Positions 34,511 to 47,149 of a DNA stretch of 64,000 nt are shown here, one piece after another. The stretch comes from Iphione sp. A-MEVVRFRX5. Its lineage: Eukaryota. Below the pieces are notes generated by a model. That model did no database searches and was not told the origin of the DNA. It saw only the letters and a list, made by a program, of their open reading frames with translations. Position 1 is the stretch's first letter. Each line of letters opens with the position of its first letter. The translations under genes were made by a program, and so were the position numbers. The stretch covers positions 97,464,001 through 97,528,000 of the forward strand of contig OZ320315.1 in the NCBI GenBank assembly GCA_976226885.1, read 5' to 3'.

Positions 34511-37500
34511 CATTGGGTCGACGTGGGCTAGGCCTGTGCTTATTGAGTGCTACCGAGTCAAGTAACCAGCCAGCTACACTGTGTATGTTTGTGTATGTTT
34601 ACTGCCATTTGGCTGGTGTTAATCATGGGACAGTATCTGCATTTTGTATTATTACAGAGGTTGTTCCTCGTGGTATTCTCTTGTTTCTTTTTGTATTCAA
34701 GGAACCTTGCCCTCACCAGCAGTGCATCTCTTAGATTTTGTGGTCTCTTGTAGGCTATTGTTAGCCCTCCTCCTGATATTTCTTTGGTTGTTTTAGATTT
34801 CTGTAGGTATCTCCAGTTTTTCCTTACTATTTGTTCAATCTGCTTGTTGTCTGGGTGGTATTTAGTTATAAGTATTGTTGGGTGTGTTTTATCTTCGGTC
34901 TTTTGTATTTTTCGTAGCAGCAGGGAGCGACGTTTTTTTGATGCCTTGTGTAAGTCTCTGCATATTACATCCATGGGGTATCCTCTTTCCCTGAAATTTC
35001 TAGCCTTGATTAGGCTATGTCTGATGAAATCCTCATCTTTGCTGCATATTCGTCTCACCCTTAAGAACACACTGTATGGTATGTTCTTTTTCATAGCAGG
35101 TGGATGAGCCGAATTAAAGTGTAGAATGCTGTTGACATCTGTATCTTTTACATGTAGTTCAGTGTGTATCACTCCCTTCTCCTGTCAGAGTATTTTCTTG
35201 TCTAGGAAGTTTATTTCCCTTTTCGACTTCTCTACAGTGAATTTTATGTTCTCGTCAGCTTCTTGCATTGTTCTAATGAAGTTCTCTAGTTCTGGTTCTC
35301 CATGTGGCCATAGAAAAAATATGTCATCTATAAACCTCACGTATAACCTTGGTAAGAGGGGTTGTGTGAAAACATGTTCCTCTTCGAATTGACTCATAAA
35401 TAGGTTGGCATATGCTGGGGCTACTCTAGTTCCCATTGCTGTCCCTCCTATCTGTAAGTATTCTTCTCCATTGAATTTGAAGTCATTCTTTGTTAGTACC
35501 ATTGCTAACAGTTATATCTCTATTGGTTTTGTTTGCATTTTCGAGTTTGTTTAGAAAGTCTGTCGTGTCTTTTAGGTATGATTTCTGTAATTCTGCGATG
35601 GGTCATAGGAACTGGTCTATCCAAGCTGATGTTTTCTCTGTTACGCTTCCATTACCTGATATCACGGGTCTACCTGGAGGTGGTCGTGTTGGTTTTTGAA
35701 TTTTAGGTAATAGATATAGTTCCGGTGTTCTGGGTTTCTTGTTGATCAGTCTTTCTCCTATTCTTGGATCAATCTTTTCTTCATACACCAGTTTTTCTAC
35801 TAAGTCTAATAATTCTGTTTGGAATACATTTCTTCTGAGCATCTTGTATAGTATTTTTTGTTTTGCAGTTGCTTGAGTCCTTCGTTCTTATAGTCTTTGC
35901 GGTTTTGTACCACTATCGCTCCTCCTTTATCTGCTTTCTTTATTACTATGTTTTCATTGTTTCGTCAAATTCTTATACCTCGGGTTTCTAGGGTGTATTG
36001 TTTCTAGTTCAAAGTCATTGACATTAATCATTATCTCTAATAGTGGCGGGCCTGTGGGACCTCTCTTTATATATTCTGGTTTGTCTATTTTCTTTATTAT
36101 TTCTATTCCAGCTGGACCACTTGGCTTTGTATTGTCTTTGAAATACGATCTATATCGTAATTTATTATGATAATTGTCTAGGTCTATTTTCTTTTCGCCG
36201 AGGTTGATTTCTCCAGGGGTTGGACAAAAGCTTATGTCTTATCTTATAATGAAGAACTGTTATTAGAGAAAGGACTATGTAGAGAGGTTTACTACCTTCG
36301 GTTTATTCTCTATAGTGACATTATTTATTCTTTCTTTTAATCTTTTAAGGCATTTCTCATCAGTACAGATACAATCTTTTTCTAGCATCTGTATTAAACA
36401 TATTCGATCACTTTTCTGGTCTTGATGATCCTGAATGATGGTTGTATTTTCTGTTGTTCTCTCCTGGTTGTTGTTTCGTCCTACTTCTTCCCTAGCAGGC
36501 TCTTTGTTCGGCTTGTCGTCATCGGTCAATGGCTCGGTAGTGTTGCTTTCTAAGGATCTGAAATAATTTCGTATGTCAGTACATTTCATGCCACTCCCTG
36601 TCTGTATTGGTGACAGAATCAATTTTTCATTTTTATTTTTCATGTTCTTACACATATTGTTAGATGTCTTTTTAATTTTGTTCCTACATGTATTATTTGA
36701 TCTCTTCTTAGTTTTTCCAATTTTTTCATGGTCATCGTCTGTCAATGTATCTTTTGGGTCAATCTGCATTTCTTCTTTGTTGAGGCTCACGGTTGTTCTC
36801 TTGCTGGTTCCCTCGATCGGGTCTGAGGCGGGTTTTTTCACCTGGGCGCTTCGTCCACGCTTTGATGGTTGCCCCCTCAGACCCAGTCTGTGAAAAGGGG
36901 GTCTGCTGTTGTATGTGCCTGCAGAGGCTGAATGGATGGGTGATACCACATCTCTTGTCAAGTTGGGCATAAGCAATGTATCTTGCCTTTTCTCTAGATC
37001 TTGTCGAGTTTCTCTCTGTACTTGTTCTTTATGTGTTCTTACATACATCCTGCTTGCTGAGATCTCTTTTCTGCTGAGCTGTGTCTCTATTCTGGCTATT
37101 TCTGTCTCAGCCTCATCTTTTGTGATCTGTGCTATTTTCCGTAGGGAGACAGCACATCTCTCCATTTGTTCGCGGGCATGTCTTTGTCTCATGATCGTCA
37201 TGTCTGTCTGCAACTCCTCATCACCGCGATGGAAACCTGGTAGAGGTGCTGTATGGATGTTGTTCTTCAAGATGTTCCCTCTCTCGAGGCACTGCCTGTT
37301 GAATTCTGCTCATTCTGTGCTGCGGACTGAAGTCGCAATCTTCCGCATCGCTGTATTCCAGCTTGTTACATAGCCCTCACTGAGGTTCTTCAGCCATGGT
37401 TGGCTCTGGAAAATAGAATTGTTTTGATTTTTCTTGGTTATATCGTTCTTTGGTGTGTGGCAGGGTCTCTCTTTGTTTTTATTACTTCTACCCTTATCAT

Positions 37501-38370
37501 TCTGTACTAGCAGGGGGATTTCTTTAGTTAATGTTACTGGGTTAATTTCACAGTCTTCTCTCTTTTGTCTTTTTGCCAAGGGTGTTCCTTCTAAATGACT
37601 GCTGTTTCTTTTCTTTGTGTGGGTCTCCTTATAACGATCTCTCTTCATCTTATCATTGGTCATTTTTCTACCCCATATCCATGACTTTAATTCATGGACC
37701 GAATGATTGATTTTTCGTTTGAGTTGGTTAATTTTCTCAAAGTCTAAGGTGTTACTTACCTCTAGCTTCTGTTTTGAAGTCGGGGCTGGTTCTGGTGCTT
37801 TCTCTGGTTCGTCATTGAACTTGTACTGGTAAGGCACTTGTTCTTCCAATATTTCTTCGTCTGGGTGGTTGTCAGACGAATCATCTTCGTCCATTTCTTG
37901 GTCATCTCCTAGGATGCACAAGTTTGTCAGAGTTTCCGACATCTTCCTGGTTTGATTCATAAGAGGATCTATTTGGTTCCTTTCTGTTCGCGGTTGTACC
38001 ACGATTTCGTCCGTATTCGTTCTTTTTATATCTGTCAAAGGCAAGATTGCATCAGTGCCTTTGTCTAGAGCTGATTGTATCGGCTCTGTGGGACCGTCTT
38101 TGGCGGTTTTCTGGTCAGTCATGTTACTATAGTTTTTGTCTGCGCTCCGAAGGGGTGTTTTCTGTCTATCGCTGTCTTTTGCGACTCACGCCCTATGTGT
38201 GTTAGTTATTTTTAACCCTCAGGGGGTTATGTAATGCTTCGTCGCTACGCTCTGTTGCCTTTGCAAGGCGTGTTCGTCTGGTCAATTGTCTTTTAGCATG
38301 GATTCGTGTTCGGTATAAGGTGAGTGGTTTTGTCACCGTATATTTGTTTATTTCTATTCTTGCTTTCTGT
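34511..38370 (-). mobile_element. Penelope-like retroelement, internally deleted, GIY-YIG truncated
   Basis: VVNLST, FCPTP, PELYLLPKIQK, GRPVISG, GTAMGTRVAPAYANLFM, RFIDDIF, INFLD, SAHP, C..C.YC. The RT block between about 35500 and 35520 is missing. Outer limits are inferred from a 13-bp direct repeat. Confidence 0.88.
36275..38122 (-). pseudogene. About 615-codon N-terminal extension of the Penelope ORF, with one in-frame TGA at 37310-37312
   Basis: ORFs 37310-38122 and 36275-37270 are in the same frame. The TGA aligns with Arg in the 9573-10112 homolog. The frame ends in PKVVNLST, the usual start of the Penelope RT region. Confidence 0.75.
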
Positions 38371-38585
38371 GTTTATGTAGTATGGTCCTCTTAAATATAC
38401 CTGATATTCACGAATTTTCCTGGGACCGTGCTATGCCACGTCTGCTCTACTCCAGCACCATCTGATAACTGTTCGGAGTGGTTCGTTTTGAGTTTGTACA
38501 ATTTAAGTACATGTAAGAAGTGATATTTTCCTGTTAGCACACGCACTATAGCATCCGCTATGCACTGCATGTGGTTAGCCATTAT

Positions 38586-39165
38586 TTCAAGATTTCAAGA
38601 TTTCAAGATTTTATCTCCTTCTCCATGATACAAATTTAGGAGCTTGTCTTAGAAATATTAATCCATACAAATACGGTGCACAAAAGCTGTGCTCCCGTCA
38701 CCATAGCTGAAAGAGTGAGAATGTGATTTATAATTTTGCCTATTTCTGCCACTGCCTTTTCGAGTTGTTCCAATCTGTCTGTAGCCTTGACAGAAAGCCA
38801 TATATATTTCAGATGTCCGCAATAAAAAAAAACTTGCATATTAAGGGATGCTCAAGATTTCAAGATTTTATCTCCTTCTCCATGATACAAATTTAGGAGC
38901 TTGTCTTGGAAATATTAATCCATACAAATACGGTGCACAAAAGCTGTGCTCCCGTCACCATAGCTGAAAGAGTGAGAATGTGATATATAATTTTGCCTAT
39001 TTCTGCCACTGCCTTTTCTAGTTGTTCCAATCTGTCTGTAGCCTTGACAGAAAGCCATATATATTTCAGATGTCTGCAATAAAAAAAAACTTGCATATTA
39101 AGGGTTGCTCAAAAGGAGATAGAAAGCCATTTATATTGCCAATGTCTGCCATAAAAAAAACTTGG
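38586..39165 (-). repeat. 257-bp tandem duplication (two full copies plus a partial), each with an (AATCTTGA)n LINE-type tail
   Basis: TTATCTCCTTCTCCATGATAC at 38611 and 38868; near-identical short ORFs 38636-38839 and 38893-39096. Confidence 0.88.
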
Positions 39166-39368
39166 GGGTTTCTGAAATGGAAATAAAACACACATTATTC
39201 ATGAATTGGGCTGTTTAGGCAGCTACAGGCTCGAAGCAGATGTCCTGTAGTGATCCCCCTTTTGTCATAGCAGTCCCACAGTTTGGAGAACTTCCCTTGG
39301 ATCTGCTTAGTTGATTTGCATTGATATCTTGTCAGCTTGTTAAGGTTTTGCCTGCAGGGGAACAAAAG

Positions 39369-39560
39369 TCAAGCGTCCTTATGTAACTGTTCCATCAATT
39401 TGTACATGTTAATGTCCTTAGAATTGATGTGGTGGTGCCAGCCTTCAATGTCGTTGTATGTCTGTATGCAAGTCCATATACTGACCAAGAAGAACCCAGG
39501 CAAGTTGCATTCTGGATCCATGTATCCTGATGTAGTCAACCAGTGGTTGGACAACAGGGG
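39369..39560 (-). pseudogene. MULE transposase C-terminal fragment
   Basis: WSI...IQTYNDIEGWHHHIN...YKLMEQLH. Confidence 0.75.
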
Positions 39561-39854
39561 TAGCTTTGTCATGGAGGTTCGGATTTGATTGGCGGCTGAG
39601 TCAGTCGGCGGCAAGGTCAGTCGGTGGCCGATTCAGTCGGCGGCCTAGTCATCCTGCTACCGTTCTGGGTTTGAGGGGGCATTTTTGGCCTTGGGTCCTA
39701 ACGTCTCCTGTTTTTTGGGGGGGCCCTCAGATGGGAAGAAGTCTTGATGGTTTGGGATTGATGGATGTTAGTTCAGTCCTCACTGGCTTGTTGCGTGTCC
39801 GCAGGACAATGTGTGGGCCACTGCAGGCCAGCTAGCGGGTATATATCTGAAATT

Positions 39855-41092
39855 TACAAGAATACAAGAATAGTTTATTCTCTTCTTAAGTGACATTGTC
39901 ACACGATCTCCCAGCGAACAGGATGTGTTGTCAAGGAATAACTGGCGTGTATCTCAATACTAGGATGAATAAGCTGTAATCCTGCATTCATTTTAGTGAT
40001 CGTTTCTCTCACTACTCTTGCACGTTCTTTGACGTGCTATCGTTAATCTTCCCGAAGTACTATTCTTCGTCCAGCCTGTAGAGAATGCTACTTCAATAGG
40101 TTTTGGGTCTTCACTAACTTTTTTTTATTTCTTCCTAGAAATAAGCTGATTCTTTATTTCAGGCTAGTTACGTCTTTCATTCTGAAGTATGAAGCTTGCG
40201 ACTACAGGCTGCTATCTGCAATTCTATGAACGAAACATTATATAGCGGATTCATCCTCTTTATGCACTGCCAAGTGATTCATACGTTTGTCATCGTTGAT
40301 TCTTGTGCGGACATGTATGTCTGATAAGACGCCTTCTGAACTGATTAGCTTCAGCACACGTCCAGAGGGAGATTGGGAGATCTAGTGAATACATGCGATA
40401 TATTAGGCATAACAGGGCTCTATTGCCTCTTGCCTCTAATGTTTCCAGCTTCATTCTTTTTCTTACCGATGTATTTGACGGATATGAGAAATGTTTTCCT
40501 ATTACCTCACATTACTCGATTGCAACTAGTTTGTAGCGTGTCCATTACTTCTTTACCATGACTTACTATCAAGGGAAGAGTATAATCATATATCGATAGG
40601 AGGAAGCCTTTGAAAAGTCTACTCTTGTCAGTGAATGATAGATATGTGGTGAGTTTGCTTAAGTAGCACTCCCTCTGTCTTGTTCTTTTTAATTTACTTA
40701 CCATTCATTGCAAGTTTAGCCCCTCATCACTGGTAAATCCTAGAAATTTCACATTCCTCAACCCTCAACAGCAAGTCTAGCTGCCTACTCTTGCCAAGAA
40801 GCATATAAAATGTTTTTTCTATGCTTATAATCAACCTGGTAGAGCACGTCCATTCAATTATGTCTCGAATACCATGCCGTAATTTCAGTCTTAGCCCCAT
40901 GGCATTTGCAGCTGATGCATGACAATTGAGCCCTCGGTATATCGCTAATTAACACACTAAACAAAAAGGGACCCAATATGCTTCCCTGTGGTACACCTAT
41001 GGAGTTTACTCTAGGATTTGATGATTTGTTATTACAACGGACATAATGCTCTCTCGATTCCAAGATACGAGATAAGCTTCGATAGAACACTG
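39855..41092 (-). pseudogene. LINE RT 3' half with tail
   Basis: GVPQGSILGPFLF; IYDYTLPL; AATAAA plus ATTCTTGT repeat tail at about 39855-39885. Confidence 0.85.
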
Positions 41093-43560
41093 GGAGTCAC
41101 ATGAATCTTTATGGGTTTGGGATATCGTCTTTCAAGCTTAACAGCTTTTAGAGCATTCACAACTCGTCGAGTAGACTAAGGAGTACAGTCCTGTCCCATC
41201 TCGACCTGGTGAATTTTAACGGCACTGATGACATTGCCCACTGACGACGGCAGCATATTTTCGGCTAAAACCTCAATGAACGCACATACATCAAAGTCCG
41301 TTGGTCTTTCATGGTCAATGTCATGCTCCTCGCAGAAGACGACGATTCTTCGGACCGCCGACCATCTATTGGCATATGTGCCTGGGCAAACAGCTGCGCG
41401 TTGTCTTGCTTCCGCTTGCTGGTAGAGGAGGTCTAAGTGAGGATCTAGTACAAAAATGTTCGTATTCAATGGCCAAGAATATGAATGGCATACGTTTTAG
41501 AGACAGATCAGCTATCATGTGTTGAGCATTACGTTGATGTAAATACGAGATACGGTATCTAGAGAGTGCATCTGCCAAAAGCATGTGGCGACCGGGTACC
41601 TGAGATGTATGCATATCAGCATAGGACCTAGGCCACTCAAATGTGTAGTACCGCTCATAATCGGTTGCACTTGCGGCACGAAGACATGCGTCTGCGACAA
41701 TGACATTAGATACATATGGAACATCTATCACAATACCAAGCCACACGGCTGATTTTGCAGGCTTCTGTACTTCCTCATGGGCGATTGTGAGGCCTAACCT
41801 TTTGAACAAAGCACAGGCGTACTCGTGACTATCTGCATAGCATGATGGTAACATTGAGAAATAATCACGAGGTCGTCTAAATACATGAGAGCTGCAATGC
41901 CCTTGTGAGCCAGGTGGCGGAGGAGAAACTCAGCCACTTTTTGCATGACAAATGAACGACTCTGCACACTGAACGGTAGTACAGTGTCGAAGTAGTAACT
42001 ATCTGCAAATTTTATGCCAAGCAAAGGCCAGTCAAGAGGGCATACAGGAAAATGCCTGTATGCCCTCTTGAGATCAATGACAGACAAGTATGGATCATGT
42101 GTATTCATAATAACAGAGATCAAATTGTCAACTTATGGAAGGGTGTGGCCTGCCGGAGCTCCATACCAGAAACCTTTTTTAATAAAACGGTTTATGTTAG
42201 ACTCTTTAAAGGACAAATTAGCTATGACACGCCTTCCTCCTGTAGATTTTTCAGCAGTCACTAGTGGGGATACGTTACACCAAGGAACAAAGGGAGGGGC
42301 ATGAAACGGGCCTTGAAGAGCAGCGAGGTGAGATTCTTTATCCAAGTACTCGTGGATTTGGTCTGGAAACCTAGTGGCGGATGGATGATTATCATATGCA
42401 TGATTACACAAAAGGGGGCAGCATATTGTAGGGAAAATCCTAACCTTATACCATCAAACACCATTTTATCACTTGAATGGCCGGTACCAGCTTTTTCCCA
42501 GTCTGAAATAGAAAGACATGATGGAACGTACAGTCATGGACCAATTGCATTTGGACAACCGTGACTTCTCACGACATTATATACCTGTACACAATGATCA
42601 TTTACACAGGCAATGGGAGTGGGCCACGATTGCACATGGTAAACATCAAGGCAGTTTGTAAGCCAGGGACAGAATGGAGTGCCGGCTGAGAGCCAGTACA
42701 GCTTTGATCACTGACGAGGTCAGCGATTTGAGCCAGTGGAGGCAAGGTGGCGATTGAGGTTACATAATCGTGACCACTGGCATTGAATGGTGAGTCAATG
42801 TTACATTGATCAATAGGAGATGGACTTGGTGCTTGCTGAAATACGTCATGCACTGCTGGAGCAGCAGCTGCAGGTAGATGTGTAGGGCTCAGTTTTTTGT
42901 GGACAACTGAGCCGGCTCGAAACGATCCACACGCTCGAGCCTCTTAGGGGGAGGCCTGTCGGCTGTCGTGTAGTGTCGGTGAGGCGCGGACGGCTGATCT
43001 TGTTTACCAATAAGACGGGCCTTCATAGCGCATGCCAGTACAGTGTGGGCACACTCCTTGATGCCCACACCGTACCAGCACACAGCGCAGCGGTGTGCAT
43101 CGACCATACCATCTGCAGTATGGCCATCTTCTTCGGTACTCATGCCCATGTTGTATAAGTGACATGGGCAGCATTTCACTTCATCAGGAACTGAGCTGCG
43201 CACTATCGAGAACCTTGTGCGCATTGACTGGATAGCTTCAGAATGGCCCCAGGTAATGTTGCCATGATTTATCTCATCCAGAATGGCTAATGACCACGTT
43301 CTAACCACTGACCAGCGGCAGGTAACTGAATCTTCACACACCTCTGCTATGTGTCTGAGAACGTGCTTGCGATTGGAGCGATCCTTCGCAAATGCGCACA
43401 GACCAACAATGTGTTCTAACACGGATAAATCATCAGGTTTTCTTTCTCCGTTAGCATAGCCTGAAGAGTGTTCGGCCAAGTTTGGAGCAGGTTCTTGTTG
43501 AGAAACACGACTAGCGGACGAGCCAGGAGCTGACTGCGCTTCCACTTCAGGCGGTTGCTG
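41093..43560 (-). mobile_element. Decayed Ngaro-type retrotransposon, copy 2 (gag, RT, RNase H, YR N-terminus)
   Basis: IAEVCEDSVTCRWSVVRTW and a CCHC-like C-terminus (42889-43545); GPFHAPPF, VIANLSF; DLKRAYRH, YLDD; WLG; LADALSR; VCAFIEVLAEN...VISAVK. Confidence 0.88.
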
Positions 43561-43577
43561 TTTTTAGTGACCCATAC

Positions 43578-43970
43578 TTATGACCATCCCACAACGTGGT
43601 CAGCGCCAGACTGACCGGTTGCTGGGCCGGCCACACATGACCAATGAAGCTGCATGAGGGCGCCACCCCCATGTGGCCAAATTATATTGATACATGACTT
43701 TGCAGTGTCATGAATTAAGGTGGGTTTTTCTATATATTGATTTAACCCTACTGAGTAGCAAGCACTTAGTAGATCCCTCTTTCCTGCACTATGGTTTAGC
43801 ATGTTGGTAGTAAAGTCGCCTCCCATGATTATTTCTGCATAACCCGATTTCCTCAGGGCAAGTAGTTTCTCCTTCAAACTCTCTAGAAATTCACATACCT
43901 TCCCCTGAGGTGGGAGGTATACCGACCCAGGATTACCGGTTTCCGGTAGGGGGTTGTTAGTTTTAGCCAC
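43578..43970 (-). pseudogene. LINE APE endonuclease fragment
   Basis: VYLPPQG, IIMGGDF, LNQYIEKPT, SCINII. Confidence 0.8.
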
Positions 43971-43974
43971 ACAC

Positions 43975-45150
43975 TTTCCATGTCAGCATCATTCACACTA
44001 TCTTGCTCCTCTGCCAGTGGGATGTTATCTTCTTCATCTTTGAGGAAGCATTTCCTGACTGTGTCAGGTTTGACCTATCAGAGAGAGTCCCTCACCCAGT
44101 AAACCACCTGGTGCAGATCCACTGACTTCATCAGGGACTGAAGGTCTATGGGCCCCTCAGTGGAGTCAGCCTTCTGGATGAAGTAACTGAGGAGCTTGCT
44201 CTTGTAGATTGATTCTAGATTCAGAATGATGCCCTGATCCAGTGGCTGGAGTCTTGAAGTAGCATGTGGAGGGAGGAACACCATCTCCACATTGCTGCGC
44301 CTCATATCATCTGGGTGTGAGGGGGCATTGTCCAGGAGGAGAAGAACATTTCTTTCTTGCCTTTTCATCTTCTGGTTGAATTTCTGGATCGACTCCTGGA
44401 ATATGGAGGCTGTCATCCAGGACCTGGAGTTTGCCTTCCAAGTGACAGGGAGTGCAGACATGTCCACGTGTCTGAAGCACCAGGGCTTCTGGGCCTTCCC
44501 TATCACCAGGGTTTTTTCAAACTCTCCCTCCATGTTGCAACACAGAGCGAGAGTGATCCTTTCTTTTGACTTCTTAACCCCACTGGCTGATGATCCTTTC
44601 TGGGCAAGGGTCTTGTCAGGCACTATCCTATGGAAGAGCCCGGTCTCATCCATATTGTAGATGTCCCTGGGGGTATATCCCCTGAGCTTCTCAGGGAGCT
44701 GCTGGAGCCAATCCTCCACTGTGACCTCTGATACACCACCACTCTCCCCACACACCTTCAAGGCCCCAATGGAGTGCCTGATCTTGAAGTGTTGCAGCCA
44801 CCCCACTGAGGCCTTGAAGTCTGGCAGGTTGAGCTCCTTGCTCAGGGTCAAGGCCCTCTTCTGGATTGCAGGCCCTGAGATGGGGATGTTCAGGGACCTT
44901 ATCCTGCAGAACCACTTGTAACATGCTTCATCCAGGTCAGAAAGGTCAGTGGAGTAGTGGTGCCTCTTGACTGAGGGGTATGGTGATTTCTCAAACTGCT
45001 CCATGATCTCCCTCTTACTCTTTAGGATACACTGGACTTGTTTTCCCAACCTTGAACTCCTCAGCAAGGCTCCTCTGGCTTCACCCTGTGGAGACTCTCA
45101 TGAGCTTCACCTTGTCTTCAAGGGAGAGATCGTTTCTGGGCATCTTGGCT
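43975..45150 (-). mobile_element. pogo/Tigger-family DD35D transposase (CENP-B HTH plus DDE), disrupted
   Basis: LSLEDKVKL; PISGPAIQKRA; FKASVGWL; NMDETG; LLLDNAPSH; QPLDQGII. Confidence 0.93.
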
Positions 45151-45595
45151 GGAGAGGTCTGGAGAGGTGTGTCTTCACTGGAATCCAGGGAAAGAGTGAT
45201 TTCTGTAGCTGTCTGCACCTCCTTATGTATGGAAGAGGGAGGGGAACCACGGTCAACCACCCCCGGCTGACCCTGTTGTCAAACAGTAAAGCCAGTTCTT
45301 TGGGTTTGAATCTTTTGCGGTGTGCCTTCAGGTTGGGGGTTTCCATTGCTCTGGCGGCTGCAGCGGTTGCTTGTCGATTTTCGTTTGGTGTCTTGAAGGT
45401 GAAGAGTGTTGCCTTGCTGTGTCTGCCTGAAAAATGAAAATACACAATAGAATTATAAATTCCAATGGGTGTGTATGTAATTATAGATATAACTATTTAT
45501 ATATATATATGTATATGCTTGATTTAACAGTGAGTGATAGGGAGGAGTTAGCATACAATATTACATTATATGTTGTCTTGTCAGATAAAAAACAC

Positions 45596-46175
45596 CTACC
45601 TCCTGTTCTAATCCACCCCTACCTCATCTGACTCCTACCACTACCCACTCTTTCCCTACCTCATCCTACTCCTACCACTACCCACTCAACACTACCTGTT
45701 GTCTAGTCACATAAAGAAATCCTAGCTCCTATCCTACTCCACCCCTACCTCATCCTACTCCTGCCGCTACCCACTCCCCATACATGTCTAGTCGCATAAA
45801 AAATCCTACCTCCTCTCTAACTCCTCCCCTACCTCCCCCTACTCCTACCACTACCCACTCACCATACATGTCTAGTCACATAAAAAATCCTACCTCCTGT
45901 CTAACTCCACCCCTACCTCACCCTACTCCTACCACTACCCACTCAACATACATGTCTAGTCACATGAAAAAAAATCCTACCTCCTATCCTACTCCACCCC
46001 TACCTCATCCTACTCCTACTACTACCCACTCCCCCTACCTCTTCTCTAGTCACATAAAAAATCCTACCTTCTATACTACTCCTCCCCTACCTCATCCTAC
46101 TCCTACCACTACCCACTCACCACTAACTGTTGTCTTTTTACATAAAAAAATACCTCCTGTACTGCTTATCCTACT
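45596..46175. repeat. C/A-rich minisatellite, 84-90 bp unit, about 6-7 copies
   Basis: TCTAGTC(A/G)CAT at about 45702, 45787, 45871, 45955 and 46045. Confidence 0.92.
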
Positions 46176-46188
46176 CCAATATATAAAA

Positions 46189-46468
46189 ATTAAAACAAAG
46201 GTTCTACAAAATGTGAACTGCACACATGGTGCGCTGGTGTTGGTTTGAACAGTCGACCTCTCTTGTCCAGACGCTTTATGGCAACAATCCAATGCTCCCT
46301 CCTTGCCTTATCCTTGGGGAAACTGAAGTAGCGCACACCTGATCCAAATGCTTTTGTCTGCTGACTTGTATTGGCACAGCCAGGAACATAGCAGAAGTTG
46401 CCCCCTCGATTGCCCCACTTGCTCAGTCGAGGTGACTTCTTGGGAGTTTTTTTAGGTGATGGATTTAT
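46189..46468 (-). other. THAP zinc-finger domain coding segment, not in the ORF track
   Basis: Open frame FCYVPGCANT...YFSFPKDKARREHWIVAIKR...FKPTPAHHVCSSHFVE, carrying the C2CH, FP and W signature. No in-frame ATG. Confidence 0.88.
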
Positions 46469-47149
46469 CTTGATAACAGCCCAGTTTTAGGAGAAAAATA
46501 AAAGAAAAATTAAAAACATATGTCAGACACAACAAATTATAAATACATGTACTACACCAGTACATTGAGAAACACTAGATGAAAATGCATTTTTTTAGGT
46601 TACGAAAAACTACATTTACTACCTTTTTATTTAGGGTTATGTAGACAACCTAAATAAAAATAGATCAATGCAAATAACTTCTATTCTATAATATGGTTAG
46701 AAATTACAGTGTGCATTGGCAAAGATATTTTTATATAAGGGAAAGCATTAACTTTGAGTTGCCATTGTTGGTGGTGAGTGGGCATTCCTTGCACCGCGTC
46801 AACATATGTGGCCGCCGTGTCCAGCAGTATGTTCATTAGTGCACTCGCTTCCATTGACTCTCGGGGTTAAAATGTCCTAGAGGGCTATTCAGAGTGACTG
46901 GTAATGTTCCCCGAGTTGGTTTGTCTCTAGTTTTCTGCTTTAAAGCATTGTATGTGATTGTTATTCCGTAGACATTGCCGCTGCTCCTCCCCGGTAGCGG
47001 GAACACGTCCCGTCACGTTCGCGCCATAACCCAATGGTTGATACAATACCATCATTACAATTCACATGGTTTCAACGATATGATATATATCCAAAGTGTA
47101 TTTTTGTACTCGGCCCGGACATGGTATACATTAACACAATTTGGTTTGA

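Noticed and set aside
38320-38380. 61-nt plus-strand intron-like segment (AAG|GTGAGT...TTTATGTAG)
   Set aside because: There are no flanking coding exons, and a single match of this kind can arise by chance. It would matter only if plus-strand precursor reads splice here.
34330-38400. Hammerhead ribozyme or pseudo-LTR expected for Penelope elements
   Set aside because: No CTGATGA...GAAA core in a suitable non-coding position and no long terminal repeat found by eye; a covariance-model search could still find one.
39590-39660. Three TCAGTCGG(C/T)GGC short repeats
   Set aside because: Too short and irregular to assign a function.
45784-46248. 154-aa Pro/Thr/His-rich plus-strand ORF resembling a mucin or extensin
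   Set aside because: It is a translation of the 84-bp minisatellite; there is no signal peptide or other coding evidence.
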